Shown here piece by piece: positions 57,839-64,000 of a DNA stretch of 64,000 bases (position 1 is its first letter; every line of letters begins with the position of its first letter). A program made the translations under genes and the position numbers. Source of the DNA: Candidatus Magasanikiibacteriota bacterium (GTDB lineage: Bacteria; Patescibacteriota; Patescibacteriia; Magasanikbacterales; UBA922); NCBI GenBank assembly GCA_003482855.1, contig DMXO01000004.1, positions 141,464 through 205,463 on the forward strand, read 5' to 3'. The notes beneath the pieces are model-generated. The model saw only the letters and a program-made list of their open reading frames with translations. It had not been told where the DNA came from and searched no databases.

Positions 57839-57842
57839 TTAT

Positions 57843-58346
57843 ATGTTTGATATACATCCGGTCATGTGGTTTTCCAATATGGCTCCAGAATGGGCAGTCT
57901 TTTTATTATCCATGATACCTTTGACTGAACTTCGCGCTTCTATACCTATAGGAATAGAGGTATATCATTTGGCTATTTGGAAAGTTTGGCTTATAGCTGT
58001 TGCTGGAGATTTTCTTCCTGCCTTGTGTATTTTGTATCTTGTGCCACATCTTCATGACTGGATTATGCGGCATAAATTTTTTGGGCGATTATTTACCAAG
58101 AGGCTCAAATATGCTGAAAAAGCTTTTTCTGGGAAATATGCAAAGTATGGCGCGATTGGTCTCATCATATTTATAGGTGTTCCTCTTCCTTTTACCGGTT
58201 CGTGGACAGGTAGTTTGGTTGCATTTATTTTCAACATCCCTTTCAAAAAGTCATGGTGGCTTATCTTGAGTGGTGTATGTATGGCAGCCACGCTTGTTAC
58301 ATTGATCACTTTATTTGCAGGTGGGACTTTAAGGGCGATATTTTAA
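57843..58346 (+). CDS. Small polytopic membrane protein (putative small export-protein family)
   Basis: 4 TM; LTELRASIPIGI motif; start at internal Met. Confidence 0.4.
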   Translation: MFDIHPVMWFSNMAPEWAVFLLSMIPLTELRASIPIGIEVYHLAIWKVWLIAVAGDFLPALCILYLVPHLHDWIMRHKFFGRLFTKRLKYAEKAFSGKYAKYGAIGLIIFIGVPLPFTGSWTGSLVAFIFNIPFKKSWWLILSGVCMAATLVTLITLFAGGTLRAIF

Positions 58347-58405
58347 TTGTGATGAAGATTGAGTTACAGGTAAAATTATTTTGATAAAAAATCGCCTGAC
58401 TGGCT

Positions 58406-59377
58406 TTATTGTATGATAAGAAGCGCTATCTCCGGAGGGTTGAAGAGTCGTGCGCGGGTTCCTGTCTCTCCGATGCCACTCGTTACAAATAACTTCATAT
58501 TGTTAATATTGTGAAGTCCTTTGTGCCATTTGGCAGGGACATCTTCCACACGTGCTACAGGACCTATGAAAGGAAGACGAATTTGTCCACCATGTGTATG
58601 TCCCGATAGCATAATGTCTATATCTTTAAGTTTTAAAATTTCTGGTATTGCGGCAGGATTATGCATGAGTAATATTGTGGGAATATCTGAATTATCGCGC
58701 ATATTAAGTTTCGAAAAATCATGTACACCACCCCACCATTCATCTGCCCCAAAGAGATACAACTGCTCGTCATTGACCGAAATTATTTCAAGATCATTTT
58801 GTAAATAGTGGATACCTAGTTTTTCCACCGCTTCTCTGGCTTCTTTGCTTACGTCAGCTACTCTGTATTTAGGATTTTCTATAGCTTTGCCACCGCCAAT
58901 GCCATATTCATGATTACCATGTATTGCATATGTAGGGATTTGTTCTGCTAGTTGTTTTAGAGGCTCTAGGTATCTAAATTCTTCTGGCCTGTATGTCGCA
59001 TTATCTACCTGATCTCCAGCCAGGAGCACTATATCGGGATGTAGCGCAAGTGTTTTGTCTACTATTTTTTGGATCCACAATGTTTCTTTGTATGAGCCAA
59101 TCTGCATGTCTGATATAAGGGCTATGCGGATAGGTTTTTTTATTTCTTCGAGATCTATATTTTTGTAGTTTATAACGATAATTTTTGGCTCTATAAAACT
59201 ACCCCAAACAAATATAGCTGTCCCTGTGAAAAAAATGAGGGATAGTATGAGAGAATACATTTTATTTTTGTATTCCCAGCTTTGTGGACGCTGGGACCTA
59301 CTATACAATAAAATAACTGCGGGGTAAGCAGTCATAATAAGGCCAATAGTTATAAGGAGATCAAAAAATAAATGCAT
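58406..59377 (-). CDS. Membrane-anchored calcineurin-like metallophosphoesterase
   Basis: ISDMQ, GDQVDN, GNHE, GHTHGGQ motifs; start trimmed to Met downstream of tRNA-Leu. Confidence 0.8.
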   Translation of the reverse strand: MHLFFDLLITIGLIMTAYPAVILLYSRSQRPQSWEYKNKMYSLILSLIFFTGTAIFVWGSFIEPKIIVINYKNIDLEEIKKPIRIALISDMQIGSYKETLWIQKIVDKTLALHPDIVLLAGDQVDNATYRPEEFRYLEPLKQLAEQIPTYAIHGNHEYGIGGGKAIENPKYRVADVSKEAREAVEKLGIHYLQNDLEIISVNDEQLYLFGADEWWGGVHDFSKLNMRDNSDIPTILLMHNPAAIPEILKLKDIDIMLSGHTHGGQIRLPFIGPVARVEDVPAKWHKGLHNINNMKLFVTSGIGETGTRARLFNPPEIALLIIQ

Positions 59378-59382
59378 ACGAG

Positions 59383-59464
59383 TGCCCGAGGAGAGAATCG
59401 AACTCTCACTCCGTGAGGAACACGATTTTGAGTCGTGCGCGTCTACCAATTCCGCCACTCGGGC
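59383..59464 (-). tRNA. tRNA-Leu (anticodon CAA), type II
   Basis: Manual fold: acceptor GCCCGAG/CTCGGGC, anticodon stem CACGA/TCGTG with loop CTCAAAA, long variable arm. Confidence 0.85.
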
Positions 59465-59531
59465 TCATATTTTTGCCAACATAGTATATCTTTTATTGTA
59501 GATTTTGTCAATTTTTGATATACTTATCTAT

Positions 59532-60299
59532 ATGTCAAAAATAATTTCAGTGGTCAATCAAAAAGGTGGAGTAGGGAAGACGACTACCGCTGTCAATGTG
59601 GCCGCCTATTTATCAGAGCTTGGCAAATTTGTGTTACTGGTAGATATGGATCCACAGGGCAATGCAACGAGTGGCCTCGGTATTGATAGAAGTCGGTTGC
59701 CTCATGGTGTATACGAAGCACTCGCACGACAAAAGCGTATGCATGATACTGTTTACAATACTTCTCACGAAGGATTGCGCATCGCCCCTGCAACAGCAAA
59801 TTTAGCTGGAGCATCCGTTGAGCTTGTTGACATAGAGAGGAGAGAGTTTCAATTGCGTGATTTGTTGTCGGAAATCAAACACGGGTACGATTATATTATT
59901 ATTGATTGTCCTCCGTCGCTTGGGCTTCTCACTGTCAACAGTTTAGTTGCAGCCGATGAATTGCTTATTCCTGTTCAGGCAGAGTATTATGCACTTGAGG
60001 GTTTGGGACAATTATTACAAACCATTGATTTGGTGAAGACTCATATACATCCTGATCTCAAAGTATTGGGAGCAGTACTCACTATGTTTGACAAACGTAC
60101 ACGTCTTTCTACCGAGGTCATGAGTGAATTATACAAATATTTTCCGGATAATATTTTTCGATCAGTTATTCCACGGTCAGTGCGACTTGCCGAAGCGCCA
60201 AGTTTTGGTAAATCTATTTTGCATTATGAACCACATGGTAAGGGAGCAAAGGCATATGAGAGATTGGCAAAGGAAGTATTGGAAAGACACCAACAGTAA
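59532..60299 (+). CDS. parA: Chromosome partitioning ATPase ParA/Soj
   Basis: KGGVGKTTTAVN deviant Walker A. Confidence 0.9.
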   Translation: MSKIISVVNQKGGVGKTTTAVNVAAYLSELGKFVLLVDMDPQGNATSGLGIDRSRLPHGVYEALARQKRMHDTVYNTSHEGLRIAPATANLAGASVELVDIERREFQLRDLLSEIKHGYDYIIIDCPPSLGLLTVNSLVAADELLIPVQAEYYALEGLGQLLQTIDLVKTHIHPDLKVLGAVLTMFDKRTRLSTEVMSELYKYFPDNIFRSVIPRSVRLAEAPSFGKSILHYEPHGKGAKAYERLAKEVLERHQQ

Positions 60300-60404
60300 A
60301 AAATTTCTAATTTCGAATTTTTAATTTAGAAACCCTTTAGACCCGAGTCGAGGACAATCTTTAATTAATTTCAAAATTTGTAATTTGAAATTCTAAATTA
60401 TATT

Positions 60405-61268
60405 ATGGCTTTAGGTAAAGGACTCAATTCACTTATACCCCAAACGACTAAACACATACGTAATGTGATACGAAGAGAAACGGGGATTGCAGACAATAAT
60501 GATAAAGTATGGCATATACCTCTTTCTGAGATTGTGCCAAATTCCGAACAACCGCGGAAAGAATTTGACCATGGTCAACTCGAAGATCTTGTCGCGTCAA
60601 TACAGAAGCACGGAATTTTGCAACCACTTGTAGTCACTGAGCGTGAAGATGGGGGATATGAACTTATTGCAGGAGAGAGACGTTTGCGTGCCGCGCAGAT
60701 TGCGGGACTTGTGTCAGTCCCTGCACTTGTTCGTAGCGCCACACAACAACAAAAACTTGAATTTGCTTTGGTAGAAAATATTCAACGACAAAATTTAAAT
60801 CCTGTAGAAGAGGCTTTTGCTTATACGCGTCTTATCAATGAGTTTAATCTCACTCAGGAAGAAGTGTCCGCTCAAGTTGGTAAAAGTAGGTCTGTTATAG
60901 CAAATACAGTCAGATTACTTGACCTGCCTGAGCAAATTCAAAAAGCATTAGTAAATGGAATTATTAGTTTTGCAAAAGCTCGTACTCTGCTCAGTCTCAA
61001 AGACGAAAAGGAACAAATGGACGTATTCAATAGTATGTCAGGTCAAAAAATTAGTGTACGTGATCTTGAACGCATGGTAGAACAAAAAGGCCCAGCTTCT
61101 CGCAAAGGATCAGTGCGGAGAGACCCCAATGTACGTGCTCAAGAAGAGTTATTAGAAGAACGTCTCGGTACCAAAGTTCGTATCACACAACGTGGCGAAC
61201 GGGGGACTATTATTATCGATTTCAATTCAAAAGGTGAATTGAAGAGATTGTTACAGGAGTTAAGTTAA
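60405..61268 (+). CDS. parB: Chromosome partitioning protein ParB/Spo0J
   Basis: GERRLRAAQIAGL and HTH region. Confidence 0.9.
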   Translation: MALGKGLNSLIPQTTKHIRNVIRRETGIADNNDKVWHIPLSEIVPNSEQPRKEFDHGQLEDLVASIQKHGILQPLVVTEREDGGYELIAGERRLRAAQIAGLVSVPALVRSATQQQKLEFALVENIQRQNLNPVEEAFAYTRLINEFNLTQEEVSAQVGKSRSVIANTVRLLDLPEQIQKALVNGIISFAKARTLLSLKDEKEQMDVFNSMSGQKISVRDLERMVEQKGPASRKGSVRRDPNVRAQEELLEERLGTKVRITQRGERGTIIIDFNSKGELKRLLQELS

Positions 61269-61282
61269 AATATCTTTCATTT

Positions 61283-61312
61283 AAAAAACTGCGCCCCAAC
61301 GCAGTTTTTATT
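61283..61312. terminator. Bidirectional terminator between parB and convergent relA/spoT
   Basis: aaaaaactgcgccccaacgcagttttt. Confidence 0.7.
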
Positions 61313-62876
61313 TATTTTTTTTGGGCAATACTGACCGCAAAAATCCTGATAGGCTGCCTCTCCCATTTTTTTTCAGTGCATTACGGATATGTATTTTTGC
61401 TGTTTGAGTTTTGGCAATATTCAACCAGTCAGGACTTGGTGATTTTCTATTTTTGTCTGTGGTAATTTCAACGACGTCGCCATTATTGAGTTCAGTATCA
61501 AGACTCACCATTTTTTCATTCACGATGGCGCCTATACATTTATTGCCAATCTCAGAATGAATATGGTAAGCGAAATCAATAGTCGTCGCCCCTTCGGGTA
61601 GGTCGATGACATCTCCTTTGGGCGTGAATACAAAAATGCGTGTTTGCAAAAAATCTACTTTTATTTCCTCAAGATCAGATAATTTGGTCAATATTTCTTT
61701 TTGAATTTCAGCCAATTCTTTTGCCCATTTGATGTCTTTTGTGGGCATACGACTACCACGCTCATCGTAATGCCAATGCGCTGCAATACCAAATTCTGCG
61801 TTTTCATGCATATCAAGAGTTCGAATTTGGAATTCTATTGGTTCACCTCCCTCGCCAAATACTGTGGTATGAAGTGATTGATACCCATTTGGTTTTGGCT
61901 GAGAAATATAATCCTTTATTCTCCCTTTGAATGGTTTCCAAATATTATGAAGTATGCCGAGTGTCGCATAACATTCAGCAACAGTATTTACAATGATGCG
62001 TATAGCGAGGATATCATAAATATTTTTTGGGTCATTGTCTTTTTTAAGTAATTTTGTATACAAACTATATAGACGTTTATTTCTTCCATGTATAGAGATG
62101 GGGTGTATATCAGCTTTATTCAATTCATCCTTTGTGATATCCATGATACGTGCAAAATATTGCTCTTTGCCTTGTAATTTTTCGTCTCGAATTTTTTTTA
62201 TTCGTTCGTATTCTTTTGGATACACAAATTCAAATGAGAGGTCTTCAAGCTGGCCTTTGATTTCATCCATACCAAGACGGTTGGCGATAGGTGCGTAGAT
62301 TTCAAGACTCTCTAGAGCAATGCGATAGCGTTTTTGTGGTGGTAGGGCTCCTAATGTGGTGAGGTTGTGTATCCTATCAGCAAATTTGATGATCATCACA
62401 CGCACATCTTCTGCCATAGCTATAAACATTTTGCGCAGATTTTCAATATATCGTTCAACCCCTCTATATTTTAATTTTCCCAATTTGGTAATACCTCGCA
62501 CAAGAGAAGACACTTCACTCCCAAAATTTTTTTCAATCTCATCGAGACTTCTGTCTGTATCTTCTGGCACGTCATGAAGTAGTGTAGCCACGACAATGAC
62601 AGGATCTATGTGCATATCAGCAAGGAAATGGGCGGCAGCCAATGGGTGGATAATGTATGGTTCTCCTGATTTGCGTGTTTGTCCCTTGTGAGCCTCTGCC
62701 GCATAATCATAAGCAAGCTGTACTAATTCTATGTCAGCCTGAGGATCATATGTATTGATTTTTTTTATCAAAGATTCAATTGTTTGTTCTTTTTTGTCAG
62801 TATCCATATATATGTTTATATCATTTTTGTTAATTTTTTGCAAGATAAAGCGTTTTTTGTTACATACTATTGACAA
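61308..62876 (-). CDS. Bifunctional (p)ppGpp synthetase/hydrolase, RelA/SpoT family, short form (HD + synthetase + TGS)
   Basis: HD motif LLHDVPEDT, DYISQPKPNGYQSLHTTV, TGS; true start probably Met near 62807. Confidence 0.85.
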   Translation of the reverse strand: MSIVCNKKRFILQKINKNDINIYMDTDKKEQTIESLIKKINTYDPQADIELVQLAYDYAAEAHKGQTRKSGEPYIIHPLAAAHFLADMHIDPVIVVATLLHDVPEDTDRSLDEIEKNFGSEVSSLVRGITKLGKLKYRGVERYIENLRKMFIAMAEDVRVMIIKFADRIHNLTTLGALPPQKRYRIALESLEIYAPIANRLGMDEIKGQLEDLSFEFVYPKEYERIKKIRDEKLQGKEQYFARIMDITKDELNKADIHPISIHGRNKRLYSLYTKLLKKDNDPKNIYDILAIRIIVNTVAECYATLGILHNIWKPFKGRIKDYISQPKPNGYQSLHTTVFGEGGEPIEFQIRTLDMHENAEFGIAAHWHYDERGSRMPTKDIKWAKELAEIQKEILTKLSDLEEIKVDFLQTRIFVFTPKGDVIDLPEGATTIDFAYHIHSEIGNKCIGAIVNEKMVSLDTELNNGDVVEITTDKNRKSPSPDWLNIAKTQTAKIHIRNALKKNGRGSLSGFLRSVLPKKNK

Positions 62877-62898
62877 AATAATAAAAATATGTTATAGT
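62870..62898 (+). promoter_or_regulatory. Near-consensus sigma70-type promoter
   Basis: TTGACA - 17 nt - TATAGT. Confidence 0.45.
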
Positions 62899-62904
62899 GC
62901 TCAT

Positions 62905-62976
62905 GGTAATAATAAGGTAGAGACCTAAACGCCTAAAGGAAACCCCAATCGTAAGACTGGGGTTTTCTCTTTTTAT
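62905..62976 (+). ncRNA. Candidate small RNA (promoter to intrinsic terminator), function unknown
   Basis: Downstream hairpin acccca-atcgtaagac-tggggt followed by TTTCTCTTTTT; no + strand ORF. Confidence 0.3.
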
Positions 62977-63195
62977 TGTTATTCTAGCCATTTTTTTGTT
63001 TTTCTCGTATAGAGAACCTTGTTTTTTTTCTCATATTTGTTATACTATCTCGCGTAGCGGGTAGTGAACCTTATTATTACCATTCGGCATTGAGGTCATC
63101 ACTCTCGCTACATAATAGACACTCATTATGTGGGTGTTTTTTATATCAAAAACCGTTCACTTGAAGTGGGCGGTTTTATTTATATGAGCATGTTA

Positions 63196-64000
63196 TTATT
63201 TTTTCTTTCTGTATCCTCGTTTTTTTGTGGGGTTCTCTGCAAGCAATTGTTCACATTCTTTTTGTGTTAGGTCGCTTGGTTTTTTATCTTTTGGAATTTT
63301 TGCATTAGTTTTTGTAGTAGGATCAGTGATATATGGTCCATAGCGTCCATTGAGTACTTGGATAGATGACCCATCAAATATTTTTATAATTTTGTTTGCT
63401 TCTTCTTGTTTTTTTGCAGCAATTATTTCGTTTGCTTTCTCTTTGGTAATGGTGTATGGGTCTTCATTTTTGATTGAATAATATTTTTTTTGTATTTGTA
63501 TATAAGGTCCAAATTTTCCAATATTAACAATCATGTCGTCTCCCTGTTCGTTTTGACCGATGACGCGTGGTAGCGAGAGATAGTGAAGTGCTTCTTCGAG
63601 TGTTATCTCTTCGGTGGTTTTATCTTTGGGAAGCTTAGCAAATCTTGGTTTTTCATCATCATTTTTGTCACCCAATTGTACAAACGGTCCATAGCGTCCA
63701 ATGCGCACAAATATATGTTTTTGCGTCTTTGGATCAATACCAACTTCTCTCATGCCTACGGTCTCTTCTTTTGAGAGTTCATCGGTTTTCTTTTCTATAT
63801 TTTCATGGAATGGATGATAAAATGTCGATATGATGGGCTGCCAATCTTTTTTACCTTCCGCGATATCATCGAGGTTTCCTTCCATCTGTGCAGTGAATTG
63901 ATAATCAACAATATTTGCAAAGTGTTCTACAAGTAAGTCGTTCACCACATATGCGATATCAAGTGGTTTGAGTCGTTTTTCATCATCGCGTGTTACATAA
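63196..64000 (-). CDS. topA: DNA topoisomerase I, C-terminal portion (gene continues beyond window end)
   Basis: Repeated GRYGPFVQ / GKFGPYIQ / GRYGPYIT C-terminal topo I motifs; upstream part resembles topo I domain IV; ORF open to window end. Confidence 0.6.
   Translation of the reverse strand, partial: YVTRDDEKRLKPLDIAYVVNDLLVEHFANIVDYQFTAQMEGNLDDIAEGKKDWQPIISTFYHPFHENIEKKTDELSKEETVGMREVGIDPKTQKHIFVRIGRYGPFVQLGDKNDDEKPRFAKLPKDKTTEEITLEEALHYLSLPRVIGQNEQGDDMIVNIGKFGPYIQIQKKYYSIKNEDPYTITKEKANEIIAAKKQEEANKIIKIFDGSSIQVLNGRYGPYITDPTTKTNAKIPKDKKPSDLTQKECEQLLAENPTKKRGYRKKK

Noticed and set aside
59378-59458. N-terminal extension (MAELVDAHDSKSCSS...) of the metallophosphoesterase ORF
   Set aside because: It is the reverse-strand reading of tRNA-Leu(CAA). 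The CDS was trimmed to the Met at 59377.
59465-60404. parS site (TGTTNCACGTGAAACA) near parA/parB
   Set aside because: No match to the parS consensus found by eye in the parAB flanks or within parB. May lie outside the window or be divergent.
1-64000. Alternative genetic code (UGA recoding as in Gracilibacteria/Absconditabacteria)
   Set aside because: Long uninterrupted ORFs for all housekeeping genes are obtained with the standard code, so there is no evidence of stop-codon reassignment.

Overview
This 64 kb window comes from a low-GC, gene-dense bacterial genome with overlapping ORFs and the standard genetic code. The content resembles a Patescibacteria/CPR-like organism (giant cysteine-rich surface protein, many glycosyltransferases), but that assignment is inference. 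Housekeeping genes present: gpmI (partial), valS, tyrS, argS, aspS, rnc, nusB, rpmF, tsaC, rsmA, scpA, scpB, parA, parB, relA/spoT-family, topA (partial). RNA genes found: five tRNAs (Leu-GAG, Ala-CGC, Arg-TCG, Lys-CTT, Leu-CAA) and an RNase P RNA. Beyond the core genes, the window holds three accessory blocks and several anomalies. (1) Four tightly packed genes (Glu/Leu-dehydrogenase-like, PaaK/GH3-like adenylating enzyme, ThiF/E1-like, two-lobed nitroreductase-like) lie next to a VKOR homolog and an orphan histidine kinase. This looks like an uncharacterised small-molecule or peptide-modification system. (2) A cell-envelope/surface locus runs from about 20.3 to 46.4 kb: a priming sugar transferase, three GT4 enzymes, a zinc-knuckle membrane protein, a DUF11-like surface protein, a TSP3-repeat protein and a 3091-aa secreted cysteine-rich giant. 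(3) A module of MBOAT, AlgX/J-like, GT-C and GT2 genes for polymer O-acetylation/glycosylation. Two short segments are strongly GC-rich (6.5 kb and 46.6-47.3 kb). One carries a lipoprotein gene with high-GC codon usage and a 42-bp perfect tandem duplication. Next to it is an AT-rich IS200/RAYT-like tyrosine transposase whose coding sequence contains an in-frame, GTAG-headed GC-rich palindrome, with REP-like palindromes upstream. Two short-repeat families are dispersed through the window: GAAATTC-type units inserted in-frame into argS and rsmA, and TTAGG(T/A)(G)AATT-type arrays in intergenic regions. No CRISPR array and no rRNA were found.
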